Below are positions 1 to 10,510 of a DNA stretch of 64,000 nt, one piece after another; position 1 is the stretch's first letter; each line of letters begins with the position of its first letter. The stretch is from a virus, in the IMG/VR virus record IMGVR_UViG_3300022745_000026, positions 8,692 through 72,691 of that record, one strand, 5' to 3'. The notes beneath the pieces were generated by a model that was given only the letters and a program-made list of their open reading frames with translations, was not told the origin of the DNA and made no database searches. A program made the translations under genes and the position numbers.

Positions 1-2
1 GT

Positions 3-746
3 GGTGTACGTCTTACAACTTTCTCTCTCACTTACCCCCGCGTCATCCATGGAGAACTAATGACCCATAGGGTTTTCTCACGTAATGCTATGAGTTCAAG
101 GGCTATTCCAGTCTCTAAGCTAATTTCAGAAGTGTGGAACGACCCCTTCATTCCTATGGTCTGGGGCTCCAACAAGCCCGGAATGCAGGCCGGTGAAGAG
201 GTCACCGGCTGGCGCTTGGCGCTTGCCAAGCTCACTTGGGTAGCAGCCTCCAAGGCCGCCTGCGTCTTCGCATGGGCCTTGTCCAAGTTGGGGCTGCACA
301 AGCAGATCGGCAACCGAATCATGGAACCCTTCCAGTGGATGCGCACCGTACTCACCGCCACTGAGTGGGATAATTTTTTCGCTCTTCGAGACCACCCAGA
401 CGCCGAACCACACTTCCAAGCCCTGGCTCGCCGCATGCGCTTCGAGATGGACATATCAACCCCCCGCGAATTGGTACTAGGCCAGTGGCACCTGCCCTAC
501 GTTGACTCAGTTTCAGGGATTGACTGCAAGATTTCTGCCGCCCGCTGTGCCCGAGTCTCCTACTTGACACACGAGGGCAAGGCACCGAGCGTTGAAGCTG
601 ACTTGGCGCTATATGAGCGCTTGGCCGGCGGCGAGCCTATCCATGCCTCACCCTTGGAACATCAAGCGACACCAGCCCTGAGCGCCACCACCCGCAGCGG
701 TAACTTGAGGGGATGGGTTCAATTCCGTCAAGTGGTGCAAGCATGA
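3..746 (+). CDS. thyX: FAD-dependent thymidylate synthase (5' truncated by window edge)
   Basis: Frame is open from position 3 (RLTTFSLTYPRVIHGELMTHRVFSRNAMSSRAIP), containing the ThyX THRxxSxxxxSSR-type motif; also WDNFFALR, SAARCARVSY and HASPLEH. Confidence 0.9.
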   Translation, partial: GVRLTTFSLTYPRVIHGELMTHRVFSRNAMSSRAIPVSKLISEVWNDPFIPMVWGSNKPGMQAGEEVTGWRLALAKLTWVAASKAACVFAWALSKLGLHKQIGNRIMEPFQWMRTVLTATEWDNFFALRDHPDAEPHFQALARRMRFEMDISTPRELVLGQWHLPYVDSVSGIDCKISAARCARVSYLTHEGKAPSVEADLALYERLAGGEPIHASPLEHQATPALSATTRSGNLRGWVQFRQVVQA

Positions 747-1060
747 CCAAGCCGCAAATTACCGCCATCATTATGCTCCTATCCCAAATCGAAGGATGGG
801 CGTTAGCTATAAAAGAGCCTATCCCGGAAGAGGTAGGTGACTCGCTGGAAAGAGCCTTTAAGGCCCTGTTGGAGGAGTTACTAGATGAGTGATGCCTACT
901 ACGAGAAGTTAATCCGATTGGTAACCATTGGACGTATGCGACGCAGGGCAGCCTACAGGGCAAAAGTCCTTGAGGATGACAAGTGGCGGCAAATGAACAC
1001 CATGCACAGGCGACTCGGTAAGGGTTATTCGATGCTATTCAAACCAATTTTAAGGAAGAT

Positions 1061-1753
1061 ATGACAAACCTAATTGAGAGATTGAGAGAGACGGCCAGCA
1101 AGGGCGTGTTAGTTTGGGGAGACCTGCAAATGGAGGCTGCTGATACGCTTGAAGCGCTCAGCAGCAGGAACCGACAGCTTGTGGTTGAGTCCAGTAAGTA
1201 TTGTGCCGAAGTTTCCCGAGGGATGTCAGACACCATCAGGCTTATGGAGGAGCGCGACGCTCTAAAAGTAGAACTACAAAACTCGATTACACGCAGACAA
1301 GAACAAAGGGCATCAGCCGATTTTGCTGTGGCTTCATTGAAATTGGAGCGCGACACCTTGCGAGCAGAGGTGTCAAAACTGGACGTGCTTCTTGAAGAAT
1401 GCAAGATGAATTGGTCAGTCGATATTATCCAGCTTATGGCAGATCACAAGCATGAAGTTGACAACATGACATACGACTTTGATATGGTAGACAGGTTCCT
1501 CAGACAGAACCTGAGTGACGATGACTATGAGGAGTATTCGGAAGCTCTCTCAGCCATCGCGTATGCAGACCCAAGGGTGCCTGAACTCCGCTGTGCCAAC
1601 CTCGACCTGCGTGACGAGGGCATCAAGCTGCGCCGCGAACTAGACCTGTTACTGCAGGCCCACGAATCGGTGCTCAACTACTGTGATACGCTTGGCGGTG
1701 ATACCGTTGGCCGCCGCCAGACACTGGAAAGGATTAGACATGAACTGCTGTGA
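1061..1753 (+). CDS. hypothetical coiled-coil phage protein
   Basis: 230-aa ORF after AAGGAAG RBS; heptad-rich; TNLIERLR start typical of small phage proteins. Confidence 0.6.
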   Translation: MTNLIERLRETASKGVLVWGDLQMEAADTLEALSSRNRQLVVESSKYCAEVSRGMSDTIRLMEERDALKVELQNSITRRQEQRASADFAVASLKLERDTLRAEVSKLDVLLEECKMNWSVDIIQLMADHKHEVDNMTYDFDMVDRFLRQNLSDDDYEEYSEALSAIAYADPRVPELRCANLDLRDEGIKLRRELDLLLQAHESVLNYCDTLGGDTVGRRQTLERIRHELL

Positions 1754-2090
1754 CGATTATGGCCAATGTACCCAAGGGGCTAACTGCCCTGTAAGGGAGA
1801 ATAACTCCATCGAGTCCTTGGCCAAGAGCACCGCAACGCGGTATCGACCTGGCGCTCCGCCAATGTTTGAGTTCGACACCCAAGCGCTAAAGTCCTTTGT
1901 ACTCGCTTTAGACTTCAACAGGTCAATGACCAAACGTAACCCCTACTTTAACTTCAAGCGTAAAAATGACTAAAATCGACTTTGCCCTTCTTATGTCCAC
2001 TATTTGGATAGCCCCGCACACCCCAGAACCGGTGGGTAAGCTGCTATCACTAGCTTGGCTTGTGGTATCTATTATTGAGGTATTTTTACG

Positions 2091-2411
2091 ATGATCGGCC
2101 TACCGGTTACCCCCCTGCAGCGGGCAGTGATAGACCAAAAGATTGCCATTCTCATGCTAGATGAGGGCGAGGCCTGCGCGGAGCTTCTGACAGGTGTTGC
2201 TGCCACAATGGAACTTGTGCTGCTGGCCTCAAAGAAGCCGCCCAAGGCCCTGGAGTCAGACTTCCGGGCCTGCCTACACCAGATAGAGCGCAATGCGCTG
2301 CAGAAGGCCACGGTCAAGCTGATTATCAGGGGCCTTGACACCTGCCTTTGGCACGCCCCACGCATACCAAAGGCGGCCATCGACCAGGCATGGCTGAGGA
2401 TGCAGCAATGA
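2091..2411 (+). CDS. hypothetical protein
   Basis: GAGG RBS upstream; ATGA overlap with the next ORF. Confidence 0.5.
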   Translation: MIGLPVTPLQRAVIDQKIAILMLDEGEACAELLTGVAATMELVLLASKKPPKALESDFRACLHQIERNALQKATVKLIIRGLDTCLWHAPRIPKAAIDQAWLRMQQ

Positions 2412-2684
2412 AGGTCGAGATTTATGGGCCATTGCCCTACGAGACTGAGCACCTGGCAGAACTGCTCAAGCTGATACCTTTAGATGCAAAGCATGTCGTT
2501 GTGCAGGCACCACACCGCAGAGCTGTTGACCTCAAGGCCTGCCAGAGACCAGACACACTGGAACTTGCGGCCAGTGTAGACAACAGCAAATTTATTTTTT
2601 ACTCACATCACCCGACCAAGGGAATTGATGTAAAATATCAACCCTGACTTCCTCAGATTCCCTTAACCACCACGAAAGACTATC

Positions 2685-2945
2685 ATGGCACTGACCATTC
2701 ACAAAGACATTCCTCTCCCCAAGCGCACCGTTAAGCGTGAGCACAAGTATGACTTCGCCTCTTTGGCTGAAGGCGACTGCTTCATCGAAGATGAAGTTGT
2801 AAGTGTGACCAAGGTTATTAACCGCTTGTCTGCGGCTGTAACTAACTACCGCAAGTCCTATGGCGAAGGCGCTCCCAAGTTCGCAGTCCGTTCTGTTGTC
2901 ATTGACGGCAAGGATGCTGTGGGCGTGTGGCGTGTAGCCGCTTAA
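2685..2945 (+). CDS. small basic putative DNA-binding protein
   Basis: IHKDIPLP...KYDFASLAEGDCF...VGVWRV pattern common in small phage proteins; followed by a terminator. Confidence 0.55.
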   Translation: MALTIHKDIPLPKRTVKREHKYDFASLAEGDCFIEDEVVSVTKVINRLSAAVTNYRKSYGEGAPKFAVRSVVIDGKDAVGVWRVAA

Positions 2946-2964
2946 TCGGACTCAATTCCACAAC

Positions 2965-2990
2965 AAACAGGGCCTAGGCCCTGTTTTATT
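2965..2990 (+). terminator. intrinsic terminator
   Basis: Perfect palindrome AAACAGGGCCTAGGCCCTGTTT followed by a T-rich run. Confidence 0.75.
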
Positions 2991-3001
2991 TTGCCTGAAC
3001 T

Positions 3002-3178
3002 ATGACAAACCCACAAAAACCCTACAAGCCGCCTGCAGATGACTACCAAGGGCTAGAACTGAAGCCCTATGACGGACGCCCCGGCTGCAACGCAATCTTG
3101 GCCTTCCCAAGCCGAATCGGACCCTACCGCCACTTCCCCGACGGCACCAAAGTATTTCAACCAATTGAGAAAACCTAA
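3002..3178 (+). CDS. small hypothetical protein (not in ORF track)
   Basis: ATG at 3002, reads MTNPQKPYKPPADDYQGLELKPYDGRPGCNAILAFPSRIG..., stop abuts ligase ATG. Confidence 0.5.
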   Translation: MTNPQKPYKPPADDYQGLELKPYDGRPGCNAILAFPSRIGPYRHFPDGTKVFQPIEKT

Positions 3179-4036
3179 ATGTTTAAGCCCAATCTCGCAT
3201 GTGAGGCCGCAGGCCCTGTAACTTTTCCAAAGCTCGCCTCCATCAAACTCGACGGAATCCGCGTTGTCACCAAGTTCGGCGGGGCGCTCACACGGTCGCT
3301 GAAGCCAGTACCAAACTTGCACATCCGGGAGATGCTATCAAAGTACCCAAACCTGGATGGGGAGGTTATCGTCGGTTCGCCTGCAGCGCCAGACTGCTAC
3401 CGCGCCACAAACTCTGCGGTGATGTCTCACGAGGGTGAGCCGGAATTTACGTTCTACGTGTTCGACGACTTGTCAGGTGCAGGACCCTACACTGAGCGCT
3501 TGGCCCGACTGAAGGCACGGGACCTGCCAGACTTCATCAAGGTTCTGGACCAGACGTTGGTGTTCGATCAGGCTCAGCTAGATGCCTACTACAGCGATTC
3601 CCTTGAGCGCGGCTTTGAAGGCGCTATCCTTCGTAACCTAGACGCGGAGTACAAGTATGGGCGCAGCACGGCTAAGTCTCAGGACATGCTGAAGATGAAG
3701 CCATTTCAGGATTCTGAGGCAGTGATTCTGTCAGCTTACGAGGCGATGGAAAACCAGAACGAGGCCTTCACCAACGAACTCGGACAGACAGACCGAAGCA
3801 CCCATGCAGAGAACAAGGTGGGCAAGGGTATGGTGGGCGGTTTCGTAGTGAAGGACTTGAAGACAGGTGTGGAATTTAACTGTGCTCCCGGCAAGCTATC
3901 TCATGCAGAGCGGACTGAATTATTCGGCCAGCCGTTGGAGGGCAAGATTCTGAAGTACCGCTCTATGTCGTATGGCGTGAAAGACGCACCCCGCTTCCCC
4001 CGGTTCATCGGATGGCGCTCTGCTTTGGATATGTAA
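3179..4036 (+). CDS. ATP-dependent DNA ligase
   Basis: Motif I KLDGIR, III LDGEV, IIIa FYVFD, IV EGAILR, V LKMKP, VI PRFPRF. Confidence 0.93.
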   Translation: MFKPNLACEAAGPVTFPKLASIKLDGIRVVTKFGGALTRSLKPVPNLHIREMLSKYPNLDGEVIVGSPAAPDCYRATNSAVMSHEGEPEFTFYVFDDLSGAGPYTERLARLKARDLPDFIKVLDQTLVFDQAQLDAYYSDSLERGFEGAILRNLDAEYKYGRSTAKSQDMLKMKPFQDSEAVILSAYEAMENQNEAFTNELGQTDRSTHAENKVGKGMVGGFVVKDLKTGVEFNCAPGKLSHAERTELFGQPLEGKILKYRSMSYGVKDAPRFPRFIGWRSALDM

Positions 4037-4064
4037 TAATAGATTCTATTTAAGAAAGTGCTTT

Positions 4065-4664
4065 ATGAAAATTTTATGCGGGTGCGAGTATAGTGGAAAA
4101 ATACGGCAGGCATTTAGGGACCTAGGCCACGACGCCATTTCATGTGACTTACTGCCTGCCGATGACGGCAGCCCCTACCACTACCAAGGTGACGTGTTTG
4201 ACATTATCAACGACGGGTGGGACTTGGCAACATTCAACCCTCCTTGCACTTACCTGTCCGTCAGCGGCATGCACTGGACGGCGCGGGGCTTACGTGACCC
4301 CAAGCTGACCGAGGATGCTCTTGAGTTCGTACAGAAGCTGATGGACTGCAACATCCCCAAGTGGGCTTTGGAGAACCCTATCAGCATAATCAGCAGCCGA
4401 ATCCGAAAGCCGGACCAGATCATCCAGCCCTACGAATTTGGCCACGATGCCAGCAAGAAGACGTGCCTGTGGCTGAAGGGGCTCCCGCTGCTCAGGCCAA
4501 CCCAGTACGTCGAGCCTCGCATCGTCGATGGCAAGCGGCGCTGGAGTAACCAGACAGACAGCGGGCAGAATATACTGGCCCCAAGCGCAGACCGCTGGAA
4601 GCTGCGGTCCACTACGTTCGACGGAATTGCAAAAGCCATGGCAACCCAATGGTCTACCCTATGA
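4065..4664 (+). CDS. short orphan DNA cytosine (C5) methyltransferase-like protein
   Basis: N-terminal SAM-loop-like CEYSG, SCDL, catalytic PPCT, ENP and C-terminal GIAKAMA; no restriction partner. Confidence 0.75.
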   Translation: MKILCGCEYSGKIRQAFRDLGHDAISCDLLPADDGSPYHYQGDVFDIINDGWDLATFNPPCTYLSVSGMHWTARGLRDPKLTEDALEFVQKLMDCNIPKWALENPISIISSRIRKPDQIIQPYEFGHDASKKTCLWLKGLPLLRPTQYVEPRIVDGKRRWSNQTDSGQNILAPSADRWKLRSTTFDGIAKAMATQWSTL

Positions 4665-4827
4665 CACCCTGCTACCAATGCCTGACCCCTGCACCACTCA
4701 GCCCTAGGGCACGGTGCGTCACCTGCGAGTATCGGCGCTCAATCGCAAATGAGCAAGAGAACGAGATTCTCTACGCTGAGATAGACGCCCTAAAGCAGGA
4801 GATACAAAAACTTCAAAAGGACTTGTC

Positions 4828-5109
4828 ATGAGACCAATATCCGCCGGTGACCGCTGCCTTGTAGTGGGCGGCCTAGGCCAATCTAAGAGCCCGAACATCG
4901 GGCTGACTGTGACTGTTAAGTCCTTCCAAGGTGAGCATAGTGGTAGAGGACGAATCTTCCGCTGCACTGGTCAAGGTATCAAACAGTTGACTGACACAGG
5001 CTCCTATGTGGAGACAAATGAGGCGGACTTTGCCGTATCATGGCTCCAGCGAATCGACCCAACCCCAACTAAGAAAGAAGAATCCCGTGAACTTCAAGCA
5101 ACCAATTAA
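4828..5109 (+). CDS. hypothetical protein
   Basis: AAGGA RBS, ATGA overlap with upstream ORF. Confidence 0.5.
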   Translation: MRPISAGDRCLVVGGLGQSKSPNIGLTVTVKSFQGEHSGRGRIFRCTGQGIKQLTDTGSYVETNEADFAVSWLQRIDPTPTKKEESRELQATN

Positions 5110-5316
5110 CATGGCCGGCGTACAGCGGATGATAAGCTACGAGTACAAACGCGGTGCAGAGGACTACAGAGTAGTGGTTAGAACTCACGCAACCGGAACC
5201 AGCATCACAGTGCTTCTCCTTGCTCCTCACGGAGCTAAGCACCCAGTGCTTTGGCATGCAGACTGCTTGGGCATGGACGTGTTACCCGCAACAGATTTTA
5301 AGGAAGTGAGAATCTA

Positions 5317-5658
5317 ATGAACTTCAAGCAACTAGCTAAGTGGTACTGGTCCCCCAAGCACCCGACCTCCTACGTGCTTCCCCACCCCAAGGGCGGGCAC
5401 CCGGCAGGTATCGGGCTCTTGGTCAAGAAAGACCCAAGCCTGTGGCCCGCCTTTAACTTGTGCTGGGCCCGGTATGACTTGTCAACTTGGGCAGGGCAGG
5501 AGGCTGCTGTCATGTATGCGACAACAGCCAAGAAGATTTTAGAGCGACCGGCAGAAGGTGGCACACTTGGCGAACTAGCATGCCTACTTGGCCAAGACGG
5601 CTTCACCGCCTACTGTCAAGCGCACGGAATCAAGCTGCACCTCAGCTTGGTTCGCTGA
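5317..5658 (+). CDS. hypothetical protein
   Basis: TAATG and TGATG overlaps with both neighbours. Confidence 0.55.
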   Translation: MNFKQLAKWYWSPKHPTSYVLPHPKGGHPAGIGLLVKKDPSLWPAFNLCWARYDLSTWAGQEAAVMYATTAKKILERPAEGGTLGELACLLGQDGFTAYCQAHGIKLHLSLVR

Positions 5659-7046
5659 TGTACCCCAACTTCGCAGCGCTGGACGCTGCTACTGACTTCC
5701 GGACCAAGGCCGGATTCACACTCGCTGACAAGCAAGTGGCCGGCATTGAAGAGCTGGCCGCTTACCCACGCAACGCCAACTTCTCCGAGGTGGGCACGGG
5801 AAAGACGGTGATGTCCACAGCCGTCAGCCTGATGGCTGGCAAGGACACCACCTTGGTCTTGGTACCGCCAATCATCATCCCACAATGGTGCAAGTGGCTT
5901 CGCCGCTTCACAGACTCTGTAACTGATTACCGAGGCACACCTACAGAGCGACGTAAATTAAACATTACTGCCAGATTTGTAGTGATGAGTCATGCAATCT
6001 TTCGTATGGATTACGAGAAGCTATATCATGCACTGAACAGCTATGACTTGGAAGTAATAGTAGATGAGGCGCACTCACTAAAAAACCCATCTTCAATACT
6101 GTATAAAAACGTAGCTAGACTCTCAGTAGGCCACAACTTACAGCTACTGACAGGTACCCCAACTTCTAAGCCGACTGATGCCTATGCCTATATAAAGCAG
6201 AAGACTCCAAAGGTTTATCGTACCTTCGGCCACTTCGAGGGCATGCACGTTGCAGAGCGAGACTTCTTTGGCAAGGTGACCCAGTGGCAGCTACTAGACC
6301 AGGTGGCTGCCAATCTGGCATTGCAGACAGTCAAGTTCACCAAGGAAGACCTCTTCGGGCTTGACCTTGACCCCCAGTTCCCGGACTGCACCTATGACCT
6401 TGACCCGGCCCACACCAAGTTGTACGAGCGACTCATGGAAGAGCAGCTACTACTTTTGGGTGACGGTACAAAAATCGACGCAACGACAAGCACCAAGTTG
6501 TTCCACGCAGCACAGCAAATTGTCTGTAACTGGGCCCACTTCAGTGGCGAGTACAAGCGTAGCGCTATTTACGACATCATCGACCAGACTATTGAAGAGG
6601 TGCGGCCGACCGGCTCCAAGCTCATTATCTGGACGTTCTACAAGATGACCACCCGTAACGTCATGGAGTACCTGGCCGCTCAAGGCCACAAGGCAGTAGC
6701 CGCCTACGGGGAGGCCAACAGCAACAAGTCCTTCGAGCTGTTCATGGAAGACCCTACGGTACGTATCCTTGTCGCTCAGCCCCAGTCGGCAGGCGTAGGC
6801 CTCAATGCCCAAGGCGTTTGCAGCGAGATGCTCTTCGTAGAAACCCCGACGACACCGCTTCTGGCGAGGCAGGCTATTGGCCGAGTCGTCAGGATGGGCC
6901 AGAAACGCAAGCCGCGCATCAAGGTGGCTGTGGCCAATAACACCATCCAGACCAGACTACTGGGCATGCTGATGGCCAATGACGACCTTGTGAAGCGCGT
7001 GGAAAATACACGAGATTCAATTCGAGACTGGATTCGCGGAACTTAA
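5658..7046 (+). CDS. SNF2-family (SF2) helicase
   Basis: EVGTGKT, VDEAH, LTGTP, AGVGLN and QAIGRVVRMGQ motifs; likely start ATG 5658 overlapping the previous stop. Confidence 0.92.
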   Translation: MYPNFAALDAATDFRTKAGFTLADKQVAGIEELAAYPRNANFSEVGTGKTVMSTAVSLMAGKDTTLVLVPPIIIPQWCKWLRRFTDSVTDYRGTPTERRKLNITARFVVMSHAIFRMDYEKLYHALNSYDLEVIVDEAHSLKNPSSILYKNVARLSVGHNLQLLTGTPTSKPTDAYAYIKQKTPKVYRTFGHFEGMHVAERDFFGKVTQWQLLDQVAANLALQTVKFTKEDLFGLDLDPQFPDCTYDLDPAHTKLYERLMEEQLLLLGDGTKIDATTSTKLFHAAQQIVCNWAHFSGEYKRSAIYDIIDQTIEEVRPTGSKLIIWTFYKMTTRNVMEYLAAQGHKAVAAYGEANSNKSFELFMEDPTVRILVAQPQSAGVGLNAQGVCSEMLFVETPTTPLLARQAIGRVVRMGQKRKPRIKVAVANNTIQTRLLGMLMANDDLVKRVENTRDSIRDWIRGT

Positions 7047-7083
7047 TTGCCGTAGAATCCGTCGCTTCACTTATGAAACCCCT

Positions 7084-7557
7084 ATGCAAGAAAATCCACA
7101 ACTCTTACTTGAGCGTCAGTATTCTGACATCTTCGCTCAGCGACTCAGCCACGAATCAGTCTCCCGATGGGAAGCTGGACGCAGTGCCCACCGATTTGCC
7201 GCCTACAAGGACAAGCAACTGGTAATCTTCAGCCTGTTCTACGGGGAGCCACAGACAATCCGGGTGCTCACCTGTGTAGACGTGGGACTGACCATGACAG
7301 GGGGCCTGCACTCCACTTGGGTAGACGGTGACGGCAAGACTGTAGAAGTAGGCCACACACCTGTAGAGGTCTCGAACAGCGTGTTCCTGTGGCATGTCTT
7401 CCACAGCTCAGTCTCCTACATCCCACACAAGGGCAACTTTGAGGTCAAGTTCCCGCTAGCCTACCGCAGCCCCCATAACGTGCACAAGCATGCCATTGAG
7501 GGCGTGCCCTATATCCTTGAGCGAGCAGTCTTCGACTCCACTTTTCCAGGAGTCTGA
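7084..7557 (+). CDS. hypothetical protein
   Basis: 157-aa ORF between helicase and primase. Confidence 0.55.
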   Translation: MQENPQLLLERQYSDIFAQRLSHESVSRWEAGRSAHRFAAYKDKQLVIFSLFYGEPQTIRVLTCVDVGLTMTGGLHSTWVDGDGKTVEVGHTPVEVSNSVFLWHVFHSSVSYIPHKGNFEVKFPLAYRSPHNVHKHAIEGVPYILERAVFDSTFPGV

Positions 7558-7559
7558 CC

Positions 7560-10409
7560 ATGGCCAAGCTCTATAAATACTACCAACTTGTTGGTGGCCA
7601 AGAGGTGTGGCAGCCTATCCAAGCGGAGCAGACGCTGGAGAGCATACGCCCAACTTTCGTGACTATCTTGGCAGTCGATACCCTGCTGCCAGAGAAGCCA
7701 ACGAGGGAGGCTCTGGATGCTGCCAAGTACAGCGGACCACTCTACTTTGACTTGGATGCTGAGGATATTCAGGACTCTATCACTGACGCCAAGGTGGCCG
7801 TGCAGCGCCTGCAGAGTTATGGGCTTCAGGCCTACGACTTTGAGGTGTACCTGAGCGGCAAGAAGGGGCTGCACATCATCATCCCGGAAATGGCGTTCAA
7901 CCAAAAGCCGGTGCCCATGTACCGGCTGTTTGACGTTTACAAGGAAATCGCATTCAAGCTCTCCACACCCAGTACCGACCTACGGGTCTACACCGGGCGC
8001 AAGGGGCGCATGCTGCGGACCTGTTACAACGTCCGGGAGAACGGTAACTACAAGGTGCAGATTTCGCTGCAGGAGCTTGAGTCACTGACACCAGAGACCT
8101 ACAAGTCCCTGTGTGCAGCACCCCGGCATATGCCCCCAGCGCGGCCCGAGTTTCGGTTCCAGTTCGGACTATTATTCGACGAGGCAGTGCAGAAGGCAGG
8201 GGTCACGAAGAAGCGGCGTAAGCCCAAGGTGGTGACCCCCGGCCAGATTCAGCAGGACCTGCCAGTGGTGGTCAAGCTGCTCAACGGCGAGTCGGAAGCA
8301 GGCTTCAACCTGATTGCAATGCAATTGGCCTTGTATGCCCGTGAGTCCGGCTGGAGTGAGGAGCAGTTCATCAACCGAGCCCAAGGCCTGATTGCCAACC
8401 ACAAGGGAGGCTCTCGCTACGGCAGCGCCAAGGCGCGGGAGCGGGAACTCTGCAACATGCTGATGTATGTTGAGGACAACTTTGCCTACGAGTACAACAG
8501 CAGTGCCTTCGCCAAGTTGCTGACCCCTGTAGCAACCCCAGAGAGCCCCACAACAGAGGCCGGCGACATGCCCCTTGAGGACGGGGAGTACGACGGCTAT
8601 GACTGCGGGATTTACAGGGGGCCAGACGGGTACTTCACTAGAAATGATGAGGGGATTGAGAACTACTTCCTGCGCGGGATAGTCAAGGAAGTCACAACCT
8701 TGGTAGACCCAAATACAGGTGCCATCATGGCGCTCACCGGCAAGATGGCAGGACAGGACTTGACCTTTGCCCCCGAGGACTTCCAAAGTTCTTCTGCCAT
8801 GCAGAGGGCGGTATCACGTACTGGAATCTCATTTACGGCCAGCGACATTGTGGCTAGAAAGTTGTATGAAATGCTAATCGACGAGTCAAAACGGGCAGGG
8901 GCCAACACCCTGCTGGTAGAAAAGGAAGGCCTAAGTTGGTTCAAGTCTGCTCGCTCGGATGAGGAGGAGCTTCGCAAGGGGTTCCTGATTTACGCAGATG
9001 AGCGGGGTGTGAGGCCGAGTGTTCATGTGCAGGGCGACTACCCGCTGAAGTTCAACGGTTACCCAGACCCGACAGGTAAGTTCCACTCAGACCTTAGCCG
9101 GTGCCCCTCTTTTGAGGATTACTTGGCTGTGGAAGGGAATAGGGAAAAAGCCCAAGAGGCTCTGTGGAACTTGTTTAGGGCACAACCTGCCGAGGTGCTT
9201 GGTAAGCTCTTGGGCTGGCAAGTGGCATGCTTCTACCGTAGCGTATTCCATCTGTGCTACGGCAAGTTCCCCTTGCTGCACGTTGTAGGGCAAGCGGGCT
9301 CAGGCAAGTCGGAGACAAACCTTGCCTTGCTGCGCCTGCACTACCACCATGCTGACCCGGTGCAGATCAGCCCAACGTCTACGGTGTTTGCCATCCAGAG
9401 CTTTATGATGTCTTCCGCCAGCATCCCGCTGTTTGTGGACGAGTACAAGCCCAATGACATGCCGTTTGAGAAGCACCATGCCATGAAGCTGATGCTGCGG
9501 GATGCCTACAACTGCCGGCCTGTGATGCGCGGCGGCGGCAAGCGGGGGTCAGAGGGTTTTGCGAGTGTGAACGAGCAGACCTTGACAGCCCCCACAATGT
9601 TCGTAGCCGAGGCGATTGAAGCTGAGACGGCGCTCTTGGAGCGGGTGGTCTTGGCCACGTTCCGCCGGTTGCCAGGGATTAAAGGGGCTCAGCAGTTCGC
9701 CCACTTCCAGCGGTTCCAGCAGAACCAAGTTGTCCTGTCCCATATAGGGGCGTTCATACTGCAGAACATGCTGGCGCGGCTGGACAGGGAGAGCTTCTCC
9801 TCGAAGTTCGACGCGCTCTACGCAGCGGCCCGTGCCAAGCACTGCTTGCAACCCGGAGACTTGGACACCTTATCCCCGGAGGAAATCAAGCGTAAGGGGC
9901 ATGGCAGGGAGCGTATTGTCTTCAATTACGCAGTGGCAGAGTTTGGCCTTGGAGTGTTCGGCTGGGTATTGAAGACGCAGTTCGGTGATATGTTTGACAA
10001 GGAAATGGCTGAGTTGAGAAACGCATGCTATAGCCGTATGTCAGACTTGGTATCCAATACCGTACCAGAGTACGTCAGGGTGCTACAGCACCTCGGTGAT
10101 ATGAGCCACTTGCAGCCAGACTCCCAAGCTAAGCTAAACTATGGCTATGAGTTCCAGCTCAAGGACATGGGTGGACGCAGAGTTCTAGAGTTAGCGGTGA
10201 GGCCAGCGTACAATAAGTACCGCATATACTGCAAGAACTTGGGGATGAAGCCGCTGTTCAACGGTGAGGACTCTTTAGCCTTGGCACTGAAGGATTGTGG
10301 TCAGTTCATGGATATCTCTGCTGGCACTAAGCACCTACCGGCAGCGACTACTAGGCTGGACTATGAATCGCTGGTCGAAGCCGGGATGACTATTTTTGCA
10401 GAAAAGTGA
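7560..10409 (+). CDS. AEP-type primase fused to a P-loop helicase/NTPase
   Basis: AEP motifs YFDLD and SGKKGLH; Walker A GQAGSGKS, Walker B LFVDE. Confidence 0.85.
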   Translation: MAKLYKYYQLVGGQEVWQPIQAEQTLESIRPTFVTILAVDTLLPEKPTREALDAAKYSGPLYFDLDAEDIQDSITDAKVAVQRLQSYGLQAYDFEVYLSGKKGLHIIIPEMAFNQKPVPMYRLFDVYKEIAFKLSTPSTDLRVYTGRKGRMLRTCYNVRENGNYKVQISLQELESLTPETYKSLCAAPRHMPPARPEFRFQFGLLFDEAVQKAGVTKKRRKPKVVTPGQIQQDLPVVVKLLNGESEAGFNLIAMQLALYARESGWSEEQFINRAQGLIANHKGGSRYGSAKARERELCNMLMYVEDNFAYEYNSSAFAKLLTPVATPESPTTEAGDMPLEDGEYDGYDCGIYRGPDGYFTRNDEGIENYFLRGIVKEVTTLVDPNTGAIMALTGKMAGQDLTFAPEDFQSSSAMQRAVSRTGISFTASDIVARKLYEMLIDESKRAGANTLLVEKEGLSWFKSARSDEEELRKGFLIYADERGVRPSVHVQGDYPLKFNGYPDPTGKFHSDLSRCPSFEDYLAVEGNREKAQEALWNLFRAQPAEVLGKLLGWQVACFYRSVFHLCYGKFPLLHVVGQAGSGKSETNLALLRLHYHHADPVQISPTSTVFAIQSFMMSSASIPLFVDEYKPNDMPFEKHHAMKLMLRDAYNCRPVMRGGGKRGSEGFASVNEQTLTAPTMFVAEAIEAETALLERVVLATFRRLPGIKGAQQFAHFQRFQQNQVVLSHIGAFILQNMLARLDRESFSSKFDALYAAARAKHCLQPGDLDTLSPEEIKRKGHGRERIVFNYAVAEFGLGVFGWVLKTQFGDMFDKEMAELRNACYSRMSDLVSNTVPEYVRVLQHLGDMSHLQPDSQAKLNYGYEFQLKDMGGRRVLELAVRPAYNKYRIYCKNLGMKPLFNGEDSLALALKDCGQFMDISAGTKHLPAATTRLDYESLVEAGMTIFAEK

Positions 10410-10410
10410 T

Positions 10411-10436
10411 TGCATTGCCAAAAATGGCAGTATAAT
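10411..10436 (+). promoter_or_regulatory. putative promoter with overlapping TGCCA-N4-TGGCA inverted repeat
   Basis: TATAAT at 10431-10436 directly after TGCCAAAAATGGCA. Confidence 0.55.
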
Positions 10437-10510
10437 CTCTAAAACCCAAGCACCCAGCTTGGTTGGCAGGCCGGAAAGAACGGTCAAATTAAACTGAAAG
10501 TAAAATTATC

